Under the pieces are notes generated by a model. It saw only the letters and a program-made list of their open reading frames with translations, had not been told where the DNA came from and did not search any database. Below, in pieces: positions 9,700 to 19,478 of a stretch of 58,385 bases of DNA. Numbering within the stretch: position 1 is the stretch's first letter; each line of letters opens with the position of its first letter. Source of the stretch: an uncultured Cytophagia bacterium (GTDB taxonomy: Bacteria; Zhuqueibacterota; Zhuqueibacteria; Residuimicrobiales; Oceaniaggregativiventaceae). The stretch covers positions 1-58,385 of the forward strand of contig CAYPUH010000001.1 of assembly GCA_964413725.1 (NCBI GenBank), read 5' to 3'. The position numbers and the translations under genes are program-made.

Positions 9700-11754
9700 T
9701 TAATATTTGAACACTTTGTTCAGATCCATTTTGCCGGGAAGAAGTTCAAAGACCAGTCGTGTGACCACGATGGCAGTAAACATGCTGGCCAGGATGCCGA
9801 TGGACAGGGTCAGAGCGAATCCTTTAATCGGACCGGTACCAAAGCTGTACAGAACGATGGCGGTAATCAGTGTGGTCACGTTGGCATCCAGGATGGTGGT
9901 AAAGGCGCGACCGTATCCGTTATCGATAAACGCTCTCGGCGTCTTTCCGGAGGCACGTTCTTCCCGGATACGTTCAAAGATCAACACGTTCGCATCCACG
10001 GCCATACCGACGGTGAGAATAATGCCGGCAATGCCGGGCAGTGTCAGGGTCGCATGAAAGCTGGCCATGACCGCGAGGACAAAGATGATGTTGAGAATCA
10101 ATGCCAGATCCGCCACCATACCGGGTACGCGGTAGTATATCACCATAAAGATGATCACCAGCAAAAGACCGACCACTGCGGACAAGCTGCCTTTCTGGAT
10201 CGAGTCCTGCCCCAGGCTGGGTCCCACAGTGTTTTCGGTGATGATCTCCACCGGAGCGGGAAGGGCACCGGCACGGAGCACCAGCGCCAGATCCTGTGCT
10301 TCTGTCATGGTCCCGATGTTGTCGATGCGTGCGCTTCCTGACGGGATTTTTTCCCGAATGTTCGGCGCGGACTTTACTTTACCGTCCAGTATGATCGCCA
10401 GCTTTTTGCCGACATTCATCCCCGTGGCCCGGGCAAAATCCTTTGTGCCTTCGCTGTTGAGCTCCATATGAACTTCGGCAGAGCCGGCATTAAAATTCTG
10501 TGAGCCGGATCCGATCTGAACCTGGGCATTTGTAAGCATGGCACCGGTCAGTTCAGGCTCATCTTTGACCAGATATAGGGTGTGGTATTCCGTGTCGTTG
10601 AAATAGTAGGGGTCACTTCCCCACACAAACCGGGAATCACTGGGGATCACATTTTCTACTTCCTCACTCAAGAGCCATTTCTGTACCACCCTGACATTGG
10701 GTGCCGGCACGGAGATGATATCGGAGTACCGGCCGGAGGTGGCGCGGAGCATGGAGGTAAAGGGTTTTTCCTTAAAGGTCTTTTGATCGACGATGACAGA
10801 GGTGTCTCCCTCCATCTCCTCTACTTCCTGTTCGCCAAAGAGATCTTCCAGGCTCACTTCTTCTTCAGCGGCGACATCGCCTTCGTCGATTTCCGCGGTA
10901 TCTTCAGCCGCGGCGATGGCTTCGAGATCCTGTCCGCCCTGGAGTTTGGCGCGGACGACGCGGTCGATATCGTTGAGGACCGACCAGATCAGTTCCGAAT
11001 CGCGAACCAGATTGAACTCCAAAAGGGCGGTGGTACCGATCACTTCTTTGGCGCGCTGAATGTTGGTGATCCCTGCCAGCTCGATGATGATGCGGCGATC
11101 ACCCTGCTTGGTGATGCTCGGCTCGGAGACGCCGAATTCATCCACGCGGTTTCTCAAAACCTCCACCGTTCGGTCGATAGCATCCTTGGCTTCTGCTTTG
11201 AGATCGGAGATGATCTCGTCATCGGCCTGTCCCTTACGGCCAAAGTAGCGGTTCATCTGAACCGTGCGGTTGTCGAACTGTGTTTTCAGTGCAGTGAAAA
11301 AGTTGGCACCCTCTTCCTCCACCTGTTGTTCGGTCGCCGCGATGATATCCTCCAGACGCTGGTCCTTGTTTTTACCCAGATCGTCCAGCAACTGAGGCAG
11401 GTCCACTTCGTATACGAGATAGGTGCCGCCTTGGAGGTCCAATCCCCGTCGGATGGCACTTTCTTCAATGTCACTGATTTTTTTATTCAGATTGATAAGC
11501 CTGGAGGACAGTTCCACAGCACGGGCTTTATTCTCTTCACTGGCAGCATTACGGGCCGTGGCCTCCAGATCTCCTTGTGTAATACCGGCCGATATCGTGG
11601 CAGGGCTCAGATCCGTCAACTCTCCCAACTCGGAAATGAGATTGTTCTCCTTGTCCTGTAACCCCCCGAGTTGAAAGGTGGGGTACAGAGAATAGAGCGC
11701 AAAAACGACCAGCGCCAACACCAGAATCAGTTTGACCAATTGACTTCGTTGCAT
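9700..11754 (-). CDS. secD: Protein translocase subunit SecD (long form with an acidic periplasmic insertion)
   Basis: I chose the start at MQRSQLVKL (ATG 11754) because GGGAGGA lies about 8 nt upstream. The ORF itself is open back to 11808. The C-terminal 6-TM core (DANVLIFERIREE) is SecD-like. Confidence 0.9.
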   Translation of the reverse strand: MQRSQLVKLILVLALVVFALYSLYPTFQLGGLQDKENNLISELGELTDLSPATISAGITQGDLEATARNAASEENKARAVELSSRLINLNKKISDIEESAIRRGLDLQGGTYLVYEVDLPQLLDDLGKNKDQRLEDIIAATEQQVEEEGANFFTALKTQFDNRTVQMNRYFGRKGQADDEIISDLKAEAKDAIDRTVEVLRNRVDEFGVSEPSITKQGDRRIIIELAGITNIQRAKEVIGTTALLEFNLVRDSELIWSVLNDIDRVVRAKLQGGQDLEAIAAAEDTAEIDEGDVAAEEEVSLEDLFGEQEVEEMEGDTSVIVDQKTFKEKPFTSMLRATSGRYSDIISVPAPNVRVVQKWLLSEEVENVIPSDSRFVWGSDPYYFNDTEYHTLYLVKDEPELTGAMLTNAQVQIGSGSQNFNAGSAEVHMELNSEGTKDFARATGMNVGKKLAIILDGKVKSAPNIREKIPSGSARIDNIGTMTEAQDLALVLRAGALPAPVEIITENTVGPSLGQDSIQKGSLSAVVGLLLVIIFMVIYYRVPGMVADLALILNIIFVLAVMASFHATLTLPGIAGIILTVGMAVDANVLIFERIREERASGKTPRAFIDNGYGRAFTTILDANVTTLITAIVLYSFGTGPIKGFALTLSIGILASMFTAIVVTRLVFELLPGKMDLNKVFKY

Positions 11755-12093
11755 GTACTCACATCCTCCCTGGAGTAATGATGATTTTGGCATATCGCCG
11801 GAAGCCATATGCCGAGCCGATGCAGATTGTTTCCGGACATTCCCTGTGGCAATGCCTTGTCAGTACTGCGTCCTATAGCGGCTCTATGTCAATAACTATT
11901 TGCTATGGGTAAAACGAGAATGTGCCCATATAGGATGGGCACAATTATGTTGAGCAAAATCCAATAAATATATCGTTTTTTCCAGTAAATGTCAATTCAA
12001 AAGTGAGGACCCCATTCTTGTGAAACGTGATACGGGACCAGATGGCCATAACCCAACAGATCAAACAACGAGTCGTCTCAAAACTGCAAGAGC

Positions 12094-13647
12094 TCACTCT
12101 CTGGGGACCAATTGCTGCACCACATCGATGACACTGCCGTCGCGGAATTCGATGAGGGCGACGACCTTGTCGGTGAATTCGGGCTTTTCGGGTTCTCCCG
12201 TCATGTCGTGAGCGATCTTGTAGAGCTCTTCGATGGGTTTGATGGGCAGATCGCTGCCTTTGAGTCGATCGCAAAGATCCTGGCGTCGCGGATTGATAGC
12301 GATACCCCGTTCGGTGACCAGCACGTCGATCATCTCTCCGGGCGCGGTGACGGTGGTGACATCATCGACGACGATGGGCAGGCGGTTGCGTACCAGTGGC
12401 GCGGTGATGATGGTGACCTGCGCATCGGCAGCGTCCACAAAACCTCCGATACCGTGAAGCAACCAGCCGTCCGAGTGGGTGTTGACATTGACGTTAAAAT
12501 TCAGATCGATTTCCGTGGCTCCCAGGACAGACGCCTTGACCCGATTGGCAAAACAGCCTTTGGTGTGATAGTTGTACGAGACAAAGGGGTTGGTTGCGAT
12601 ATGTTTGGGATTGTCACGCAACGACCGCACGCCGTCCAGATCAAAGCTTTGTCCATCCAGGATGAATTTGGTTTGACCGTTCTTGAGCATGTCCACCATA
12701 TAGCGGGTCGATCCCCCGCGTACAAAGTCCGCGACCACATTGTGTTCCTCCATAAGCCGGCTCATATACTGGACAAAGGCCAGAGACACCCCTCCGGCGC
12801 CTGCCTGAAAGGAAAATTCGGGTTCCATCAGGATGCCGCTGTCCCGCACCAGCCGGGCCGCATAGTCGGCGATGAGAAGCCGCGTCGGGCTTTTGGTGAT
12901 CCGGGTGGTGCCGGAAATGATCTGGCTCGGATCGCCCAGAGAGTCCACTTCTACCACATAATCCACATGTCCGCCCTCGATGCTCCAGGGAAAGCAGGGA
13001 AACGGGACGAGATTGTCGGTCACGACCACCACGGTGTCTGCCCATAACGAGTCGGCCAAAGCAAACCCCAGGGGACCGCAGGCACTGGGTCCATAGAGCC
13101 CGTTGGCATTGCCATGGGTGTCGGCACAGGGTGCGGCAATAAAGGCCACGTCGATATGGAGGTCACCATCCTGAATCGCCCGGTAGCGACCACCGTGAGA
13201 TCGCAGAATGGCGGATCGTTGCATCTCTCCCAGCGAGCAGGCTCTTCCCACGGGACCGTTCATGGAGCCTTCCACGTGAGAGACCACCCCGGTTTTGATA
13301 TGATTGACCAGAGGTTCATGAACCGGAAAAAGAGCCGAGGGTGCCAGAACGAGATCCCTGAGATGGCGGCCGGCCAGCAGGTCGAGTACGGTATTGATCA
13401 GCCTGTCGCCATTGCGGAGGTGGTGATGAAAACTGATGGTCATGCCATCACGCAAATGACAGGCCTCGATGGCTTCATCCAGGGAGGACAGAAGCTTGTT
13501 TTGATATTGACTGGCTGCAGGTATCCTGGCACTGTATTGTTTGCCGCCACCGGTATCGGCACAAGCCCCGGCAAAGGGTCGGAGCGTGCGGCCGTCGAGT
13601 TCTTTGGGTATCCAGCGTCCGACGGCATTCTGAATCCTGTCCATCAT
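12094..13647 (-). CDS. citF: Citrate lyase alpha subunit / citrate CoA-transferase
   Basis: 517 aa, a typical CitF length. The sequence is CitF-like throughout by eye, and the gene lies 12 nt downstream of the citD-citE fusion. Confidence 0.88.
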   Translation of the reverse strand: MMDRIQNAVGRWIPKELDGRTLRPFAGACADTGGGKQYSARIPAASQYQNKLLSSLDEAIEACHLRDGMTISFHHHLRNGDRLINTVLDLLAGRHLRDLVLAPSALFPVHEPLVNHIKTGVVSHVEGSMNGPVGRACSLGEMQRSAILRSHGGRYRAIQDGDLHIDVAFIAAPCADTHGNANGLYGPSACGPLGFALADSLWADTVVVVTDNLVPFPCFPWSIEGGHVDYVVEVDSLGDPSQIISGTTRITKSPTRLLIADYAARLVRDSGILMEPEFSFQAGAGGVSLAFVQYMSRLMEEHNVVADFVRGGSTRYMVDMLKNGQTKFILDGQSFDLDGVRSLRDNPKHIATNPFVSYNYHTKGCFANRVKASVLGATEIDLNFNVNVNTHSDGWLLHGIGGFVDAADAQVTIITAPLVRNRLPIVVDDVTTVTAPGEMIDVLVTERGIAINPRRQDLCDRLKGSDLPIKPIEELYKIAHDMTGEPEKPEFTDKVVALIEFRDGSVIDVVQQLVPRE

Positions 13648-13659
13648 GTCCTCCTCGGG

Positions 13660-14856
13660 TTATTCCGGTATCTGCTTTGCCGCTCTGGCCATGGCGAGGA
13701 TTTTCTCAGCCCTGATGACCACGGGGCGATCGATCATTTTGTTTCCCAGCGACGCGACGCCGCTGCCGCGACGGTTGGCCTCTTCAACGGCCTGCACGAT
13801 GGCCTGTGCGGTTTCGATCTGGTCCTGTGTGGGCTGAAAAGCCCGGTGCACGGGATCGATCTGACCGGGGTGGATCACACCCCGGCCGTCGAAACCGAGC
13901 TGAATCGATTCCAGCGTGCTCTGATGCAATCCCTCCGTGTCCGCGACATCTGAATAGACCGTATCCAGGGCCTGGATTCCGGCGGCCCGGGCCGCCAGAA
14001 CGATTTGGTTGCGCGCATGGAAACTCTCACGGCCCTCGCGGGTGCGCTGGACTCCGATGTTGGCGGTAAAATCTTCCGCGCCAAAACACAGCGCCACCAC
14101 CCGGTCACTGGCGGTCGCAATATCTTCGGCGTGCAGCACACCGGCGGCGGATTCGATCAGGGGCATCAACAGGATTGGATGATCCAGCTGATGCATCGAT
14201 TCGAGCTCGCGCAGCTGTTGGTCGACAACAGCGATATCCTGTGCCGATTCACATTTTGGAATCAACAGCGTATCCGGGATCCCGTAGAGGATGGCATCCA
14301 GATCCCGTTTGCCGGTGTCTGTGGACAGGGGATTGATGCGAACGATGCGTTCACTGGTGCCAAAATCGACGGTCATCAGCGTGTTGCGCACCAGGAGTCG
14401 GGCCTGATCCTTGGCTTCCGGAGAAACGGAATCTTCGAGGTCGAGGATGATCGAGTCGGCACCGAACAATCCGGCATTCAGGGCCAGGTCGGGCTGGTTG
14501 CCCGGGAGATACAGCCGGCTTCTTCGCAGGCGATGGGGCTGAGGGGGAGCAGGGCGGTGTTTCATTTTGGGCAGGACACCCGGTTCTTTGACATCGAGGA
14601 CCTGTCGTACCGCGGCCTCGAGACGGGCCTGAAGGACATAGTCCAGCGCGCCGCGGTCGAAAAGCCGGATCGCGGCGTGCTCACAACCGAGCGCCTGAAC
14701 GGTTTCCCGGGTCAGTTGAATCAGGGTCCGGCCAAACAGGGCTTTGATCGAACTCTCCAGATCAATTTCAATCCCTCCCGTGGATCGGGGTTCGAGTTCG
14801 ACACAACAATCTCCCTTTTCAACCCGGCCCACACGAACACTCTCTTGAGGGGGCAT
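13660..14856 (-). CDS. citE: Fusion of a citrate-lyase acyl-carrier (CitD-like) domain to the citryl-CoA lyase beta subunit (CitE)
   Basis: The N-terminal part VGRVEKGDCCVEL..ESSIKALFG..DRGALDYVLQARLEAA aligns by eye with E. coli CitD (AGTLESGDVMIRI..NSSVEKQFG..DKGALDCILRARLEA). The rest is CitE/HpcH-like (RRSRLYLPGN..DLEDSV). I chose the start at ATG 14856 because AAGGAG lies 5 nt upstream. The ORF is open back to 14922. Confidence 0.85.
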   Translation of the reverse strand: MPPQESVRVGRVEKGDCCVELEPRSTGGIEIDLESSIKALFGRTLIQLTRETVQALGCEHAAIRLFDRGALDYVLQARLEAAVRQVLDVKEPGVLPKMKHRPAPPQPHRLRRSRLYLPGNQPDLALNAGLFGADSIILDLEDSVSPEAKDQARLLVRNTLMTVDFGTSERIVRINPLSTDTGKRDLDAILYGIPDTLLIPKCESAQDIAVVDQQLRELESMHQLDHPILLMPLIESAAGVLHAEDIATASDRVVALCFGAEDFTANIGVQRTREGRESFHARNQIVLAARAAGIQALDTVYSDVADTEGLHQSTLESIQLGFDGRGVIHPGQIDPVHRAFQPTQDQIETAQAIVQAVEEANRRGSGVASLGNKMIDRPVVIRAEKILAMARAAKQIPE

Positions 14857-15290
14857 GGGCACTCCTTGTATGGGTAATGATTCTGCTGAAGGATGCGGAT
14901 CGATCTCTCGGTCCGGTCGCATGTGTTTATTAAATGAATGACTGTTTTGAGTTTACTTAACTGTGCAGGCATTGTCAATAAAAAAATTGCGAGACAGAGG
15001 GAACGGGTCTCAAAAAGGGTTTACTTTATCCGGTGAATTTCATACCGTTATCAAAGGAGGGTCGATTTATGGTTTATAGTCACTGCACCATCAGAGCCCG
15101 CATGAAGAGAAGAATCACCAAACAGCCTCATGCAAAGCCGCCAGGAAAAGATAAAATTCGCAAAAGGAAGAGCCGGATTCCATGCGAAGCACCGAATCTC
15201 CAATACATGCAGGATAATATCGTCATTTGACGGGTCAAACCAACTCTTGATGCACATGACAGTATTCACCTTCAAATTCGGACTGAGCCC

Positions 15291-16712
15291 ATGTCTTCTC
15301 ATACTCGAAACGCCTCGCTGTTTGAATCGCTGATTCCGATCCTCGCATTGATTTTGTTTCTCGGTATCAATGTATTGGTCTTTGATGGCAGTCCGCATAT
15401 CCCTCTGATCTTTGGAACCGTGGTTGCGGTTCTGGTGGGCATGCGGCTGGGGTATCGCTGGCCGGATCTGGAGCAGGGAATTGTCCATGGTATCGTCATC
15501 GCGTTGCAGGCCTGTCTGATCCTGATGGTGATTGGCATGCTGATCGGCACCTGGATCGTCAGCGGTATCGTGCCGACCATGATTTATTACGGGCTGACCC
15601 TTTTATCGCCGTCGATATTTTTGGTGACCACTTGTATCATCTGCGCCCTGGTGTCGCTGGCCACCGGCAGCTCCTGGTCCACGGCGGGGACGGTGGGCGT
15701 GGCTCTGATGGGGGTGGGGCAGGGACTGGGCGTGCCCCTGCCCATGGTGGCCGGTGCGATCATCTCCGGCGCCTATCTCGGCGATAAAATGTCGCCGTTG
15801 TCGGACACCACCAATCTGGCGCCGGCGGTGGTGGGAACCGACATGTTCGGACACATCCGGCATATGGCGTATACGACGTTGCCGGCGTTTGCCATAGCCC
15901 TGGTATTGTATACGATACTGGGATTCTTTGTGGCCACCCAATCCGCTCAGATCACCTCCATCGATGCGATTTTGACCACCCTGCACACACAGTTTCAACT
16001 GGGATGGTATTACCTGATTCCACCGGCCCTGGTGATCGTGATGGTGGTACGCCGGATTCCGGCGTTACCGGCGCTGTTGGGCGGGGCGGTATTGGGGGGT
16101 ATCTTTGCCGTGGTCTTTCAGGGTGTTCCTGTGGCCCAGGTGCTGGACGTGGCGCAGAATGGCTATGTGGCCGACACCCGACTGGATTCGGTGAATGAAT
16201 TGCTGACGCGGGGCGGCATGGAGAGCATGCTCTCCACCGTGGCGTTGATCATCACCGCCCTTTCCTTTGGCGGGGCGATGGAAAAGACCGGAATGTTGCA
16301 GGTAATCGCCGGGGCCATCCTGACGCTGGCGAAAAATACCGCCGGACTGATTATCTCCACGCTGTTCACGTGTATCAGCATGAACATCATCGCTCCGGAT
16401 CAGTATCTCTCCATCGTGGTTCCCGGCCGGATGTACAAAGATGCCTATGCCCGCCGCGGACTGCACCCCAAAAACCTCTCCCGGGCGCTGGAGGACGGCG
16501 GTACGCTCAGCTCGTCTCTGGTCCCCTGGAACACCGGCGGTGCCTATATGTGGGCCACACTGGGTGTCTATCCCCTGGCCTACCTGCCGTTTGCGTTTGT
16601 CAACCTGATCACCCCCATGGTGTCGGCGTTTTACGGCGCCACCGGCTGGACGATACAACCGGCGGATGAGGAGGATGCGGAAGAGAGTGAGTTGAATGAC
16701 AAGGGAGGTTGA
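15291..16712 (+). CDS. nhaC: NhaC-family Na+/H+ (or organic-acid) antiporter
   Basis: 473 aa and polytopic. The NhaC-like segment is MVIGMLIGTWIVSGIVPTMIYYGL. The gene is divergent from the citrate-lyase genes. Confidence 0.88.
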   Translation: MSSHTRNASLFESLIPILALILFLGINVLVFDGSPHIPLIFGTVVAVLVGMRLGYRWPDLEQGIVHGIVIALQACLILMVIGMLIGTWIVSGIVPTMIYYGLTLLSPSIFLVTTCIICALVSLATGSSWSTAGTVGVALMGVGQGLGVPLPMVAGAIISGAYLGDKMSPLSDTTNLAPAVVGTDMFGHIRHMAYTTLPAFAIALVLYTILGFFVATQSAQITSIDAILTTLHTQFQLGWYYLIPPALVIVMVVRRIPALPALLGGAVLGGIFAVVFQGVPVAQVLDVAQNGYVADTRLDSVNELLTRGGMESMLSTVALIITALSFGGAMEKTGMLQVIAGAILTLAKNTAGLIISTLFTCISMNIIAPDQYLSIVVPGRMYKDAYARRGLHPKNLSRALEDGGTLSSSLVPWNTGGAYMWATLGVYPLAYLPFAFVNLITPMVSAFYGATGWTIQPADEEDAEESELNDKGG

Positions 16713-16786
16713 ATTGATCACAGGGTGGAAACGGACAGATTAAACGTCTCGCCCCCGGCGAGCTCTAAAAAGCACTTGCAAGAATA

Positions 16787-16816
16787 ACGCAGAGAACGCT
16801 GAGAAAAGAAAAAAAC
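16787..16816 (+). repeat. Degenerate member of the CACAGAG / AAAAGA repeat family
   Basis: ACGCAGAGAACGCTGAGAAAAGAAAAAAACC lies in the convergent intergenic region after nhaC. Confidence 0.4.
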
Positions 16817-16843
16817 CAAAAAAATCATCCCAGAGGATGCTCT

Positions 16844-16864
16844 GATTCGGTTCAGTACCGAATT
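16844..16864. repeat. Hairpin GATTCGGT-tcagt-ACCGAATT
   Basis: The stem is 7-8 bp and shares its sequence with the hairpin at 100-124. Confidence 0.45.
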
Positions 16865-17044
16865 GCTTAAAAATATGAAAATACTAAAATTAGGTAAAGT
16901 TTATTATGATTTAATCGCTAAGAATCAAAAAGTGGATTGTTGTTTATTCTATTGGCACAGAACCCAGATATTCCCTTCTTGAGGAAAAAAGTCACTAAAA
17001 TTTGTCGGGGTTGGTTTAAACCTCTTAGTCCCGATTTTCCTGAC

Positions 17045-19465
17045 TCAATACACAAATCGCAATCCGATGGTGGGTATGGGGGGCAGCCATTTGAACGGGT
17101 GTTTAACATAGTGGCCAAAGATATTTCCGTTATCGGTTTCATATGCAAGTTCACTGCGTTCATAATAGAGCGGATTTTTGCGGTTGTAGACATTGATCAC
17201 TGAAATATAGCCGGTTAAATGGCCACAGGACAGATACCACTCCCTCTCAACACTGATATCCAGACGATGATACCAGGGGTAACGAATTCTGCCCGGGGGT
17301 ACATCTGTTGGTATTAACCGATAACTTGTTGAGAGATTGGTTTTGTTATTGTTTTCAAAGTTGGTTGTCTTTAGGACTGTATAGTAGGTATCCGGATCGA
17401 ATGGATTCCCGCTGTGTAATGCCCACATCAGGTTCACGGTCCAGGCATCGCCAAAGGATTGTGAAAGATGCAGATCCAGCCCAAGACGCTGATCCCAGTT
17501 AAAATCAGTTTTTTCCCCTGATACCAGCCGATAACTACGGGCCAGTGTAAAGGCCAGCGTCTGTTCCCCGCCCCAGAGAGATGAGTTAAACAGGCATTCG
17601 CCTCCATATGACCTTGCCGGTGTCTGGATAAAAATGGGATCCGGGCCAGTGGCCTTTAGCCAGTCCTCATAGGATTTTAGATAGCCATTGACAGCGATTG
17701 AAAATGCGTCATCCGGATGTGTATATTCCAGTCCCACAACAACGTGGTCGGCGATTTCAGGCTTTAACGAATCCGAAAGGGGAAAATAGAGCCTTAAAAA
17801 ACCAATCACCCCCTCTTCCAGAGCAGTGGCAATACCCTGAGAGTGCCGTGACATGGCCAGCCGGAACGAGAAATCCGAGTGTTTATAGCACATGCTTATT
17901 CTGGGTTCCGGGACTGTGATATTATGCCAGTTGGAAATTCGGGCCCCAAACAAGCAGGAAAGGGTAGACAATGGCGACCATTCACCTTCGATAAACCCCG
18001 AAAAGGCCGGTACAGATTTTTTAAATTCAAATGCATCTATTGGTGCGTGATCAAAGTAGAGTTTAATATAATCATCGTAATCGAGAACCGGGGTCCCCGG
18101 CAGGTTTTGATTGGTCCATCCATAATCAAACTTATACCGAGTGGTGGTTATCCCTGTTCGGAGCGTGATCTCTGAGAAGGATTTTTTGAGCCGCAATCTG
18201 AGACTTTTATCCACTAGTGTATTGATGATTTCAGAGTTGTCTTGACGCAGACGAGAAGAAATCTCTTCCATCTCTGACTCATAGGACCGGGGAATATCTG
18301 AAAAATCGGCCTTTTCGGTATCCATGAACCGATTTTTTGCCTGACTCGTATAAATAAGCAGGTTTCCTTCTGTCCCAAAAGGCAGGCGTCGTTTCCAGGA
18401 AAAACCAAACAACCTGTTTCCCCACGAGTAATCTCGATTGTTATTTACCGTGTAGCTCAAACGGGTTTGTTGATTGTCGTCCAAAGAGATCCATGTTTGT
18501 TTTCGTTGTTGATCGCGAAACCGGTCTTGGAAGGAAAATAACATCAGGGAAAGGGAATTGTTGGGGTCTGGTGTGACGGTAAACCGGGAAAACATATCAT
18601 AAAACGCGTATGGAATACCACTGTCCGTTTTTTTGAACACAATATCATAAAAGCTTTTGCGAACCGAGAGAATACCATTCAAGCTGTTTTTCCATCGTCC
18701 ACCGAGTGTCATGTCGGCAGTCACCATCGAGACATCGGCAGACAATTCAAAATCTTTTTGCGGTATATGGCTTTGGATATCCAGAACCGCACCCAGTCGC
18801 CCTCCATACGCAGCGGAAAATCCACCCGGCGAAAATGTCACATGATCCAGCATATCAGGGTTGAACGCACTGGTCAGTCCAAAAACATGAAAGGGATAAT
18901 AGACCGGAACCCCGTCCAGCAGTACCAGGTTTTGATCCGGACTTCCCCCGCGGATGTTCAGTTCCGCAGTCAAGTCGTTGCTTGTGGTGACCCCGGGCAG
19001 GAATGTGAGAGTCCGATTGATATCAGGGGTCATAACATACGGGATTGAACGAAGCTGGCGAAAAGATAAATGCCTGGCTCCCGGAGAAAATTTTACAAGA
19101 CGACTGTCCGGATATCTTTCCGTTTGCACCGTAATCTCTTTCAGCGGCAATACCAGCGGTACCAAATCGATATGGATGGGATCTGTAGAACCAGGAGGCA
19201 GATGAATGTTTTGGGTTTCATAGCCCATATAGGAGACCACAAGAGTGTCCGGTAATTCACATTCTGTTTGAATTTCAAAGCGTCCGTATCGATTGGTGCT
19301 GCATCCGTCCTGACAGTGTTTTAGCACCACATTGGCGTCTTGCAACGAGTGTCGGGTGGAATAATCCCTCACAGTACCCTCTATGGTTGTCGTTGAGGAT
19401 GCTATGCAGAAAGGGGGTAATACTCGCAAAAGGGCAATAAAAGCAAGGGTGGGGATTACCTTCAC
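17045..19465 (-). CDS. TonB-dependent outer-membrane receptor with an N-terminal CarboxypepD_reg-like domain
   Basis: 806 aa with a signal peptide. It has the TIEGTVRD..ANVVL carboxypeptidase-regulatory-like fold signature, a plug region (RGGSPDQNLVLLDGVPVY) and a beta-barrel ending in an aromatic residue (GLRFVY). Confidence 0.85.
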   Translation of the reverse strand: MKVIPTLAFIALLRVLPPFCIASSTTTIEGTVRDYSTRHSLQDANVVLKHCQDGCSTNRYGRFEIQTECELPDTLVVSYMGYETQNIHLPPGSTDPIHIDLVPLVLPLKEITVQTERYPDSRLVKFSPGARHLSFRQLRSIPYVMTPDINRTLTFLPGVTTSNDLTAELNIRGGSPDQNLVLLDGVPVYYPFHVFGLTSAFNPDMLDHVTFSPGGFSAAYGGRLGAVLDIQSHIPQKDFELSADVSMVTADMTLGGRWKNSLNGILSVRKSFYDIVFKKTDSGIPYAFYDMFSRFTVTPDPNNSLSLMLFSFQDRFRDQQRKQTWISLDDNQQTRLSYTVNNNRDYSWGNRLFGFSWKRRLPFGTEGNLLIYTSQAKNRFMDTEKADFSDIPRSYESEMEEISSRLRQDNSEIINTLVDKSLRLRLKKSFSEITLRTGITTTRYKFDYGWTNQNLPGTPVLDYDDYIKLYFDHAPIDAFEFKKSVPAFSGFIEGEWSPLSTLSCLFGARISNWHNITVPEPRISMCYKHSDFSFRLAMSRHSQGIATALEEGVIGFLRLYFPLSDSLKPEIADHVVVGLEYTHPDDAFSIAVNGYLKSYEDWLKATGPDPIFIQTPARSYGGECLFNSSLWGGEQTLAFTLARSYRLVSGEKTDFNWDQRLGLDLHLSQSFGDAWTVNLMWALHSGNPFDPDTYYTVLKTTNFENNNKTNLSTSYRLIPTDVPPGRIRYPWYHRLDISVEREWYLSCGHLTGYISVINVYNRKNPLYYERSELAYETDNGNIFGHYVKHPFKWLPPIPTIGLRFVY

Positions 19466-19478
19466 TTTTTTTATCCTG

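Noticed and set aside
10582-11661. Long antisense ORFs inside well-supported genes. Examples: 10582-11661 opposite secD, 12112-13047 and 14005-14877 opposite citF/citE, 22593-23891 opposite uvrA, 30008-31303 and 33491-34267 opposite gltB, and 55163-56506 spanning the ilvB/ilvD junction.
   Set aside because: The sense-strand genes carry unmistakable family motifs. The antisense translations are low-complexity and Arg/Gly/His-rich with no recognisable motifs. That is typical of stop-poor antisense frames in GC-rich coding DNA.
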